64,000 nt of DNA from Octopus sinensis (GCF_006345805.1 NC_043011.1:17992464-18056463), one strand, 5' to 3'; positions 1 through 10,526 are shown, counted from the stretch's first letter. Notes: generated by a model from the letters alone, not told the origin. Program-made: numbers and translations.

Positions 1-267
1 ATAGGTTTTTAGTACAATCGTTTCATACAAGGACAGGCTTTATTAAAAGTTGTAAAAATTACAGCATATAAACGTGTCCCGTACTCATCAGCTAAAATAC
101 ATGTGAGTTCTCTAGACATCCTTGTGGTTGAGGCTATACTCATGAAGTAATGTAGATAATTAAGTAACACAAACAGATTTCCAAAGTTCATTAAAGTTCT
201 TTAAAGATGATGTACAGTCTTATCACAGAATTTTAAAAAAGTTCTAATAGCATCACAGAGAAGGTGA
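1..267 (-). repeat. 3' pseudo-LTR of the Penelope-like element (truncated by window edge)
   Basis: Matches 4596-4800 except a 62-bp block (123-184) absent from the other copy and one substitution seen. Confidence 0.93.
7..97 (-). ncRNA. Type I hammerhead ribozyme (minimal stem III, extended stem II) in pLTR
   Basis: Minus strand: UUUUAG-CUGAUGA-[GUACGGGACA...UGUCCUUGUAU]-GAAA-C-GAUU-G-UA^CUAAAA; 6-bp perfect stem I, intact core, GUA cleavage triplet. Confidence 0.85.
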
Positions 268-1558
268 CCTAATCCATAGAGCACATATGAAATTCCAGAG
301 ATATGATGAGGGATTACATACTCACAGAAGACAAATTTATCCATTGTTATTCACAACGAGGTGGGTCTCAATTCCTGCTTATTAGCATTACAGAGAGGGT
401 GAATTAATCCTTTGTATAGATGCACAATTTCCAATGGTGTAGATGTAAGTTTCCAGAGAAACGAAGAGGAATTTCATATTCACAGGCGATAAATTTATCA
501 ATGGTTGAACACAATGAGGTAGGTATCAGTTCTTGTTATATGATTAGGTATTTGCCACATTAATCACATTACTGCTATTTACAAGAGGCCGTAGCTATTT
601 AACTTTTAAAGGCTGAAGTGCTTTCTAGAGAGGCAAAGAATAGAAAGAGAAGGGAATAGGAGAAAAGAGAGAAAATAAGGGAGGAGGGAGCAAAAAAAAA
701 GGGGGGGGAGGGGACTAAAAGAGAAGAGAAAAGGAAAAAGAGAATAAGAAGAAGAAACAGAAAAAAGAGAAAAGAGAAAGAAATAGGGAAAGAAGGGAAA
801 AAATAAAAATAAAAAAGGGGGTTCTAGTTATACAGACGAATTACTAGACGGCAAGTCTGGTTTTAATTTACAGGCATCTAGGAACTAGAGGAGAATATTA
901 TTCTTTGGCCAGTAAAACAGCTAATTTATTGCTGTTGAAATCAGCTATGAATTTAAAGAGAATCTAAAGAGATAACACAGTCAGGGGTTTAGGGGTCAGA
1001 TGCTAAAATCAAAAGAAAATACATTAGGAAAATCTAAGTATAATCTTATCAAAAAGTCATTAAAACTTACTTATTTAATTTATTCATTTTATTGTCTTAA
1101 GGAGTTGCCGTTATTATTCATACATTGACGGACTACAGGTCAAATCTTAGAAGATCATTTACAAGGTGTTAGGGGATTGTCTATCATAATGAAGATAATC
1201 ATATTATCACCGAGGGGGTAGCCTTATTTATTTAATTTTGAAATAGAATTATGGGGCTATAGTAACTCATTTTATTTTATTAGAGTTATGCTACTTAAAT
1301 TAGATTAAGTTAGGAATTAAAATTAAAAATTACAATTAAGATTTAAAATTAAGAATTTAAAAATTATGAGTTTGAAATTAAATAAAGCCTCAATTAAGCA
1401 GCGTATAAGTACTATTCATTTCCCTGTTCTCAAAAAAACTGATGCAGATATAAGGAAAAAGATAACTGTAGTGTGAGAACCCTTAGTTATCTACTTAAAG
1501 CAATACTATACTAGTAGAAATCAAATTATGTCTATCTACCTAGTTACGAATATTCTAA

Positions 1559-3640
1559 TCATTTAAAATATTTTAAAGTCTTCAATTTAGCGTGGACACA
1601 AACTTGACCTAGTTCGATATGGTTATTCAATAAGTTTCTATGTTTTCTATGCTTTAGAATTTCATACGTCTCCATGGAGCATAGTTGGCAACCAACCCTA
1701 CTATTTTTATACGGAATTGCTCTCCTAACTATTTCCCAATTAAGATTATAATTTTTATTATTATTTTTGAGTTCCCAGATTTTGTTTGAAAGTGTGGTGG
1801 TACCAGCTTTATGACGTAATTTAAAAGACGAGATGTGATTTCTAACTCTGGCTAAAAAATTAATTGTACATCCAACGTAAAGATATTTGTTATTCTCCGT
1901 GGATATGGTACATTTATAGATTACATTATTTTCCCCACATAGACCAGGTGCCGGGCATTTTGATTTTATTCTACACTTACACACAGGAGGAGCAACTTCA
2001 GGCTTTGGATTATTCTTGGGTAGATGTCTTAGGTTCCTATTATTTTGATTATCATTTCTATAGTTGGTGCTGATATCTAAAGTATTGCTATTATTTATTG
2101 ATCCTTCAGCTTCATCATTTAGGTTTAAAGTCCTACCATGATTTCTTATATTATTGGTAATGTTACTATTATTGTTAGTCTTTTTATCCGACTGCATATT
2201 GCTGTTATAAATATCACTGATATTTTCATTCTCCTTATTTTCTCCATTAGCCTTATATCTATTATTTCTATTATTAACATTATTACTTCTATTAATATCG
2301 GCATTGTTATTATTACTATTAATGTTAATGTTATTAGTCATTCTGTGGTTACTAATTTCACCTATGTTTTGATAGTTACTATTGTTGTTTTTATTATTAT
2401 AATTGCTATTGGTATTCATGCTGATATTATTATTTTTATTTCTATCTTTCCTGGCTAGTTTAATGTTTTTATTATTAATCTTAGCTATTAAAGTGGACAT
2501 ATTTGGGAGGGTTGAATAAGAAATCCTAACTGTTTTCCTAGATATAATTCTATGATATCTATGAGAGATAGGGAAATTTTTTTCCAGAATTACTTTGAAT
2601 TTGTTCTGTATATCCGATTGTATCGCACAGTTGAAAGGGATATTCAGCCATAATATATCTTTTTTATTAAATTTAGGGTTCGTGGAATTACTACTATTCA
2701 TCTCACAGGAGTTATTGTATTTATTACCATTATTTTTATTTTTATTTGTGTGCATCTTAGGTTTATCTACTTCAATATTATCCGAGTTACCTATGTTCTG
2801 GTCAATGCTTCTATTTGAATTGTTGGGCCTGTACGTTAGATTAGCGTTTACCATTAATTTAATTCTACTTTTATTTCGGGCTTGGTCTGTGTTGCTGCTT
2901 ACGTGATTACTGATAACTTCATTATTAGGAATACGTGAGTTCTCCTTATCAACGAATGTAATCTTTTGGTTGTATCCAGCCTTAGTTAACGCCTCATTAT
3001 AATGCTCAGAATGGGAGTTAAATATATCCTTATTGGATGATAATTTTGAAATTCTTAATGAAATATTTCTTACTAAAGATTCTATTATATTTGGGGGATG
3101 ATTTGATAATTTATTTACGTAATTCGTGATTTCGCCTTCCTTTCTAAATGGGTAATGTAGCTTGGAGTTAAGGTCTAGCGTAATATCTAGGAAGTTAACT
3201 ATTTTGGTGCCCGGTTCATACGTTATACTGAGGTTGAAATCCTTAAAGAACTTATTAATTTTCTTTCTAATCCTTTCTATAACAGATTTATTATTACTAG
3301 GGATAACAAACAGAGCATCATCCCTATATAGACCCCCCTGTATTTCTGGTATATCCTTGCTTATGCATTTTAATAGATATGCGCCCACTAGTTTGGTTAC
3401 CTCAGCCGAATCACTGGAACCCATTGGTATATCAAAAAAATTAGGTGTATCTGCTCTAGTCCATAATTTATCTTCAAATTCTATAAATGTCTTCCTAGCT
3501 AGTAGCACAACATTGATTTCTTCTCTAGATATGAGGGAGCGATTCATGGCAAATATTAGTGATTTGTTGAGTAAGATAGGGGAAATACTAGAGTAATAAC
3601 TATTAATATCAAACTGAATAAAGGACAGACTACTAGTATT
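1559..3640 (-). CDS. Penelope-like polyprotein, C-terminal part: RT core, Asn-rich insertions, Cys linker, GIY-YIG endonuclease
   Basis: The 662-aa ORF frame stays open upstream of its ATG (3547) to ~3640, reading NTSSLSFIQFDINSYYSSISPILLNKSLIFAM; YRDD catalytic motif; GIY-YIG at C-terminus. Confidence 0.92.
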   Translation of the reverse strand, partial: NTSSLSFIQFDINSYYSSISPILLNKSLIFAMNRSLISREEINVVLLARKTFIEFEDKLWTRADTPNFFDIPMGSSDSAEVTKLVGAYLLKCISKDIPEIQGGLYRDDALFVIPSNNKSVIERIRKKINKFFKDFNLSITYEPGTKIVNFLDITLDLNSKLHYPFRKEGEITNYVNKLSNHPPNIIESLVRNISLRISKLSSNKDIFNSHSEHYNEALTKAGYNQKITFVDKENSRIPNNEVISNHVSSNTDQARNKSRIKLMVNANLTYRPNNSNRSIDQNIGNSDNIEVDKPKMHTNKNKNNGNKYNNSCEMNSSNSTNPKFNKKDILWLNIPFNCAIQSDIQNKFKVILEKNFPISHRYHRIISRKTVRISYSTLPNMSTLIAKINNKNIKLARKDRNKNNNISMNTNSNYNNKNNNSNYQNIGEISNHRMTNNININSNNNNADINRSNNVNNRNNRYKANGENKENENISDIYNSNMQSDKKTNNNSNITNNIRNHGRTLNLNDEAEGSINNSNTLDISTNYRNDNQNNRNLRHLPKNNPKPEVAPPVCKCRIKSKCPAPGLCGENNVIYKCTISTENNKYLYVGCTINFLARVRNHISSFKLRHKAGTTTLSNKIWELKNNNKNYNLNWEIVRRAIPYKNSRVGCQLCSMETYEILKHRKHRNLLNNHIELGQVCVHAKLKTLKYFK

Positions 3641-3642
3641 AG

Positions 3643-4398
3643 TTAAACCATTTTAGAGTTAAACCATTTTAGAACTTCATCCGTACTTAGCCATAGGTTT
3701 AAGGGGAGAAGAGGGGTTATTTGGGGTAGAACACTATCCAGGATAGATTTACTAAGTCGGCCAATGTCCGACCTAGTTGGACAGATCAGCCTTACTGAAG
3801 GGTTTTCCAAGAAGTTCTTTTTGTGGTCTTTAAGGTTGATCCTGGGCTCACACGGTTTAAGTGGCTCCGTTCTATCCGTTAAATTTAGTTTCTCCATGAT
3901 CTCTTTCATTTCCATGTTTACTTTTTTCAAATTGTTCTTAGTCGTAATTTTATATTTGGAGTTTAGTTCCTTCCTAATTAATTTGCTATAAATATCGTAA
4001 TCAACTCTATACATATTACCCGTTTTATCTGCTGGTACTAGGATTCCATGTTTGCACCGGGTTGTCTGAATAAAGTTCCTAAGGTGTCTAAGGTGAGGGT
4101 TATATCTTAACGGGTGTTCCTTGAAGCTAATATCATCTATAAGATTCAGCAAGTCTTTCTCAAAATTCTCCAGGAATGGGTTCTGAGGTGGGCTTTTTCT
4201 ACTTTTAAAAATTCTTCTAAAATTCTTTTCGGTATTCTTTTCCTGTGGTTTCTTCTTCTGTTTGACATCAAAATGGTACGTTTTCCACCTGATTCTTCTA
4301 ATGAAATCGTTAATCCTATGAATGAGAAGCCAATTATATTCATCTATACTATGTAAGGGGATGTCTTTAGGGGAGAACTCAATGTTTACCTTTTCCAT
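3643..4398 (-). CDS. Penelope-like polyprotein, N-terminal part (MEKVNIEFS...DFIRRIRWK...PADKTGNMY...N-terminal RT); ends at a frameshift
   Basis: ORF 3643-4473 in the track; the first ATG matching the PLE N-terminus is at 4398; typical F.RR.RWK and PADKT motifs. Confidence 0.85.
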   Translation of the reverse strand: MEKVNIEFSPKDIPLHSIDEYNWLLIHRINDFIRRIRWKTYHFDVKQKKKPQEKNTEKNFRRIFKSRKSPPQNPFLENFEKDLLNLIDDISFKEHPLRYNPHLRHLRNFIQTTRCKHGILVPADKTGNMYRVDYDIYSKLIRKELNSKYKITTKNNLKKVNMEMKEIMEKLNLTDRTEPLKPCEPRINLKDHKKNFLENPSVRLICPTRSDIGRLSKSILDSVLPQITPLLPLNLWLSTDEVLKWFNSKMV

Positions 4399-4451
4399 TC
4401 TTGTTGAGAAATTAAGTACCAGAAAAACATACAGACTGTATGGGAATATAT

Positions 4452-4800
4452 TCAAAAAGCAATAAAGATTCAAGTTAATTTAAATGAATTTACTTGAATA
4501 TGGTACCTAACTTAGATGCACCAAAAAAAACCATACTGTTTTAACAATACAGTAATGTGGGGTGATTATAAGCGAGAAAGAAGCAACCAGAATGGATAGG
4601 TTTTTAGTACAATCGTTTCATACAAGGACAGGCTTTATTAAAAGTTGTAAAAATTACAGCATATAAACGTGTCCCGTACTCATCAGCTAAAATACATGTG
4701 AGTTCTCTAGACATCCTAGTTCATTAAAGTTCTTTAAAGATGATGTACAGTCTTATCACACAATTTTAAAAAAGTTCTAATAGCATCACAGAGAAGGTGA
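4452..4800 (-). repeat. 5' pseudo-LTR of the Penelope-like element
   Basis: 4596-4800 repeats 1-267; 4453-4489 is duplicated in inverted form at 4810-4846. Confidence 0.88.
4602..4692 (-). ncRNA. Type I hammerhead ribozyme in 5' pLTR (identical to 7-97)
   Basis: Same motif as 7-97 at offset 4595. Confidence 0.85.
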
Positions 4801-4846
4801 TTCATTTAAATTCATTTAAATTAACTTGAATCTTTATTGCTTTTTG

Positions 4847-4855
4847 TATATATAT

Positions 4856-4902
<47 letters not shown>
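4847..4902. repeat. (TA)n microsatellite at the PLE insertion junction
   Basis: Direct reading. Confidence 0.97.
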
Positions 4903-4906
<4 letters not shown>

Positions 4907-5796
4907 ACTCACAGCAGTATAATTAAATAAGATAACCCAGGTGAGAAGATAGAATAATGAAAATAATGAAATGGGACAATTAAACGCAAGGGAGACCAGT
5001 CTCAAAACTTAAGCGTATGGACGATTAGATTCTTCGTACTGTCCACGAACAGATTTGATCCTAAATTTATGCATTATTTCTACACAAGAATAGTGTAGTA
5101 TTATATTAAAAACTTCATAGCTGCCTACATTATACGTGTGAGCATAGAGCAATTGAATATTATACGGTCTATTTAGCAGATTAATGTGAAATCAGAAGTT
5201 GTAGCATGTCATTCACTAATATAGTGAAGCATATTAATTCTTAAGGTTACTGTGTATGAAAATGTTTCTATTAATTGTTTGTAAATAATTAGATAAAAAG
5301 ATGTTGGAAAATATAATTCTAGCCTAACATACTTAACGTTTTTAATACATGTATCTATTGACTTTTAGAAAACTATACCGTTTTTGTTCTTTCGAAGCTT
5401 AATAATTTGTCTCTTTGATCTATGTAGAAAGAACGTTCAAGTGAAACTAATCGTTGGAGATGTTATAAATCAAAATCTAGGTTCCAAACAACATACTCTA
5501 ATTTATCATAGTAACAAGCATTGGCTTTAAATTTACGCTGATTAAACGAACTTCGGAAGGTATACGAAAATACACAACGATAAAAATTACAGCATGTTTC
5601 TATATAAATTTCTACCGTATATTTCAAGCGTTGCTATATATGAAATGGCCCATTGTGATATATTAATAGTTACGAATAAACTTAATTTTAAAATGCATTA
5701 CGTCATCAAATGAATGTTGTTGATCATTTCATTCTGGAACTATTGGACTTGTAGCAATTCATACATTTCCAGCAATATATATATATATATATATAT

Positions 5797-6030
5797 ATAA
5801 TTATAATGAAGGGTATCTTAAAGATACCAAGATGCTAGATAAAGCAGTCAAAATATGACTCTAAAACCACATCAAATATTCGTACAGCACCAGGAAAGAA
5901 AACAAAGAGACAAAATAAACAAGCAAAAAACTATTCGATAATTCCAGATCTCGGATTCTGGTTTTGTATAAGCAATGCCTTGCCTCATCAGTGTAATATA
6001 CACAAAATAGTACATAAATATAAATTTATA
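5797..6030 (-). mobile_element. Short non-coding element with degenerate hammerhead motif (CCGG-loop family), between (TA)n tracts
   Basis: Homologous by eye to 49390-49620; minus strand 5941-5997 AUUACA-CUGAUGA-GG..CC-A-GAAU-CCGAG-AUC-UGGAAU. Confidence 0.6.
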
Positions 6031-6040
6031 TATGTGTATG

Positions 6041-6101
<61 letters not shown>

Positions 6102-6105
<4 letters not shown>

Positions 6106-6303
6106 GTGACCTCAAGTGTACCGTTGGCGATTTTCCTTCCTCTGTCTTCCCTTATCTGGATCTTTCCTTCTATGTTTCCAACGAAGAGCTCCGCTCGAAA
6201 CGTTAGACCCTCCTTCTTACCTTCTTTACTGAGCGTCCAATAATACTATATTTGTTCCACGTCCTCGCGTTGTTGTGTTTTCTTGTGCTTTCTTGTTTGG
6301 ATT

Positions 6304-6308
<5 letters not shown>
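6102..6308 (+). mobile_element. Short pyrimidine-rich element with degenerate hammerhead-like motif, flanked by (TA)n on both sides
   Basis: 6175-6207 ..ACGA-A-GAGC-UCC-GCUC-GAAA-CGU-U; same architecture as 37415-37450. Confidence 0.5.
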
Positions 6309-6355
<47 letters not shown>

Positions 6356-8679
6356 TTATAATCACAGTGTCCGGCGAATAGACACGTGAAGCTCAAAGTA
6401 ACAATATTGTGATAAGTTTTACGGCTTTAATACACACACAACTACACCATATATATATGACTATGTGTCTTTGCGTTCCTACATGACCCAAATAATCGAA
6501 ATCCATTTCGGGTTTGTTTGCCACCCTATCACCAAGCGCAGCGTCAAAGAATATGCGCTACATTATGGGTAATACTAGTGTCAATTTCTTCAACTAATAC
6601 TCTTCATTTCTTTGCCCCAACATGGGAGCAGACAATTGACTGAAAGAAGCAGACGATAAAATGTGTGTATGTTTGTATGTATATGTCTGTGTGTTTGTGT
6701 GTGCATGCATGTCTACGCGTGTGCATGTTTACTATTTTACTATTAAGAAATATAAGAAAATCATCGTAAAATTCTTTTGTGATTCAGAAGCAGCTAACGC
6801 CGTCCTGATATCACCTAGTTCCCTTACGTTAAGCAAATCTTACCCAAGTACAACTTCGACGTAATTATATATTTATCTAAATATCTTTTGAGTTGTTAAC
6901 TGACTCATTTTCAGTTTTAACTTTAGCTAGTCAATTAGAAATCTCATACACAATATTCTTAGTTTTCTTGTAAGATATAAAAAGGCAAACCTCATTTGAC
7001 TAATAATTTAATTCAAAAGTAATGAGTTGCTGAATTAGACATAAACAGCAGTCAATTGTCTGCGTGATATGACATTTATCTGTATGAATCAGGAATTAAA
7101 TATTTACAGAGTTAATTTCCTGAATTTGCAGACGTCTGTTTATCAAGCAGTTACGCCACTAATGTAAATCTGATGGGAACAAGCAATCAATCATTATTTT
7201 CTAAAATACAAATTATTTATAGAATAATTAGAAAAATTATTTAAGAAGTCCGAAGAAAGATTATTATTTTCATCCCTACTTTATATACGAAATATACTCC
7301 TATATTTGAATAATACACTCCATATATTATGGAATTTCAATATGGCTTAGTAGTAAGCAACTGGAAAGCTTTTCATTAGCAGACCTATCAGAATAATCTG
7401 CTACAATATATGTAAGAGTCAAAAATAAAATCCGTGTTGTATTCTGGGTTACATTCATATTGAAGCCGATACTCCGGGATCAATAAATAAAGTGATGTGT
7501 GTGGACTACTATTTCATAACCCCAGCTTTCATTAGTTAGTGATTTTCTCGCGCAGCCACCCACGTATTTAATATTTCAAATACTGGGCAGATGTAAAGCA
7601 TTCGTTGCGTTTCTTGTCAACTTAATATTTTTCCTGGTAACTTGGAAGCGAGAAGACCACAAAATATGTGAGATTACCTGACAAACCTTTGAGACGTGCT
7701 AAAACAATGATTTTGAAGTGTTGATAGACGCAGAGATTTAACTTTAGAAGGATACAATTCTGTTACTTTATATACGATCTAGTATAATATATTACTGGAC
7801 AGTAACTGGCATATTCCTCTAAAAAAAATTTTTCCAGTTTAATTCTTTGCGACAATTGGTGATAAAGACTTGTCTCTCTCTCTTTATGCAGCAATGAGTA
7901 GAAATGTGATCCAGCAATTGTGATTCACCAAAGATGTGCAGTAACTTTACAATTTACCCATTAATGATAAAGTCTCTGTTAATCTTTTTCTTTGCGATGT
8001 TTTTCTTGATATTTTCCTAACGAGTCATGTGATCTTTCTCTGCCTCACAATGCTGCAACATGAAGATTAACTCTATGCGGGATACTAAGAAGATCAGCAA
8101 TTCTATCAGCCATTTTGAGTCAACTGTTGAACACTAACAGTTTCATTTGTTTAAACATATGTTGGTTTTTAAACACGGTTAGCTAAAGAACAAGCGAAAT
8201 ACTGATCAAAGCCATTCCTGGTATGTTCCAGCATGTTCCTCAGGTATACAACGTTGCGGTCTAAACAATATTTCTCAATATATGCTAATACATTGAGAGC
8301 GACGTATCAGATACTCTTGAATATTATGCTACAATATATAACTAATAGTGCATATTACTTAACTTGATATTGTAATAGATATGTATCCGTAAATTTTGTT
8401 TAATATGAAAGTAGAAAGTGAACTAAATAGAAGGAAAGGAACCAAATAACAGTCAGTACACTAAACTGCAAGTGATGTAATAAAAATTGCACAATGCACT
8501 GCACTTTTATCAAGGGACACTGCAAAAGGAAACTAGTAGATTCTGCCTAGTGTACATTGTTAATGATGTGGAACCATAAGCATGTACACACTTACACACA
8601 AACGCACGCAGACCCACATATATATACACGCATATGTTTGTTGTGGTTGTATATGCATATGTAAAAATGTATATTTATA

Positions 8680-9018
8680 GCATGAATGTATGGCTCAGTG
8701 GTTAGAGCGTCGAGCTTACGATCGTGAGGTTGTGAGCTCCAATCCCGGACCGGGCTGCGTGTTCTCGAGCAAGGCACTTTATTTCACGTTGCTCCAGTTC
8801 ACTCAGCTGTAGAAATGAGTTGCGACGTCACTGGTGCCAAGCTGTATCGACCTTTGTCTTTCCCTTGGATAACACTGGTGTCGTGGAGAGGGGAGGCTGG
8901 TATGCATGCGCGACTGCTGGCCTTCCATAAACAAACTTGCCCAGACTTGTGTCTAGGAGGATAACTTTCTAGGTGCAATCCCATGGTCATTCATGACCGA
9001 AGGGGGTCTTTACCCTTT
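8680..9018 (+). mobile_element. tRNA-derived SINE
   Basis: A-box TGGCTCAGTGG at 8691, B-box-like GAGCTCCAATCCC, then a non-tRNA body (gagcaaggcactttatttcacgttgctccagttcactcagctg). Confidence 0.8.
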
Positions 9019-9257
9019 TACATATGGATGTGTTTTTTAATAGTATATGGACTCCATCCATCCCTTCTCTCTCACGCTCTGTACATACGCACGCACACAC
9101 ACCCACACACGATGGATGAATGAATTATATTTTGCTTACAATTAACACGGAAAATTCAATAAACAGTTACCAGGTAGTAAAATTCATGCAAATGTACAAT
9201 ATCCGGGTTAATGCGAAGTAATTTGAATAGTATAAGTAAATAAATGGAGTTGAATGC

Positions 9258-9385
9258 AGGTGTTATTCAAATTCTTTTACTTTCGACATATGTTTCGAAA
9301 TCAACATTGGTTTTATTCCAAAGGAATAAAACCAATTTTTCTCTTCGAAACATATGTGGAAAGTAAAAGAATTTGAATAACACCT
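9258..9385. repeat. 128-bp foldback palindrome containing a hammerhead 3' half
   Basis: 27+14-bp outer stem (one G.G mismatch), 6x7 internal loop, 14-bp inner stem, AAA loop; GAAA-C-ATAT-G-TC on minus strand 9285-9296. Confidence 0.9.
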
Positions 9386-9479
9386 ATATATAAAACTGTA
9401 TATATATATATGTGTGTGCAATGGATTCCCCTCTCGAAGGCGACGAATGAGCGTTCAACTTTTACTGAAGCAACCTTCA

Positions 9480-9709
9480 CAAATGATTGCTCTATAGTGA
9501 TCAAATGATCGTGCCGCACATAAGCTCACTCTCTCCCTAAAATCGAAGTTCTTGAAGCAGGTGAACGGTGTGCCACTCGTCAAGTGTTAAAGTAAACGCA
9601 GAGCCACGAGAGGAAGTTCTTTTGCTTAAGAGCACAAAGCACTACCCCGTCCAGGAATTGAAATCACGATCGCTATATCTTGAGTGCAACACCTTAACCG
9701 CTAGGCCAT
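9480..9709 (-). mobile_element. tRNA-derived SINE (diverged)
   Basis: Minus strand starts tatggcctagcggttaaggtgttgcactc...gatttcaattcctggac; related fragment at 50225-50345. Confidence 0.65.
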
Positions 9710-10261
9710 ACATATACAAACATACATATGCACACATATATAGATAGATACGTGTAATTTGAACATGTGTTTCTATACGTGTGTCTGTGTGTGTATAATG
9801 CTAAATAAGCGCACTGCCATCGTAGCATTGCGTATATTATGCTTCAAGAATGTTAGTACATATAGGCGCCTGTATTTATTAATAAGTATGTGCGCGTCTG
9901 TTTATATTACTGTGGGATTCTGTACGTGTGTGTGTGTATGTGTGTTTGTGTGTGTGTGTGAGTGTAGCCATACGATCTCACGCTTGTGTTTATCAGCTAT
10001 CGATAATTAATTTCAGATGGAGTAATTAGAACGTTTAGATTGAACCCACTTGAAATAATATGACAAGTTTAGTTTTAATTTTATGGTTTGTTTATAAATC
10101 ATATCAACAACAGGTCATAGCCACTATCTTTTTATCTCCATTTAACTTTTTTTCTATCCTTTATTTTTTCTCTCCTTCTCCAATTAATATTCTATTGCGT
10201 ACATTAGCTACCATCTGATATATGTTTAACTAATTGCTTAAAAGCGATTAAAGCAGTATAA

Positions 10262-10526
10262 TCAAAATACACAAACACACACACACACACACACACCACA
10301 CACACACACACACTCACACGCACACACACTCACACACACACACACACATACACGCACACGCACACACACTCACACACACAAACACACACTGCAATTTATG
10401 TATTCGTATGTATATGTAAATATATATATCTATACATATATATACATACCCACACCAGGAACAGAGGCACAAACAAGTACATTCCCACACACATCCCCAT
10501 ATATATAAATACATACACATATACAC

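Larger units (their letters stand above)
1..4846 (-). mobile_element. Penelope-like retroelement (Neptune-type), young, partial-tandem pLTR structure; 3' pLTR runs off the left edge
   Basis: RT motifs (FIQFDINSYYSSI, IPMGS, GLYRDDAL, VNFLDITL), CKCRIKSKCPAPGLC Cys linker, GIY-YIG domain (NVIY..YVGCT..RVRNH, CQLCSME, LLN); direct repeats 1-267 / 4596-4800; inverted 37-bp tail at 4810-4846 next to (TA)n. Confidence 0.95.

Noticed and set aside
1864-4356. Plus-strand ORFs over the Penelope element
   Set aside because: Antisense shadows of the real minus-strand ORF.
7900-8080. hAT dimerisation-like remnant (CEAE..) on minus strand
   Set aside because: Only four residues resemble the motif, no frame is sustained, no TIRs seen.
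8680-8760. tRNA genes at SINE heads (also 9640, 33401, 46843)
   Set aside because: A/B boxes are present but there is no complete cloverleaf, and each runs into a SINE body.
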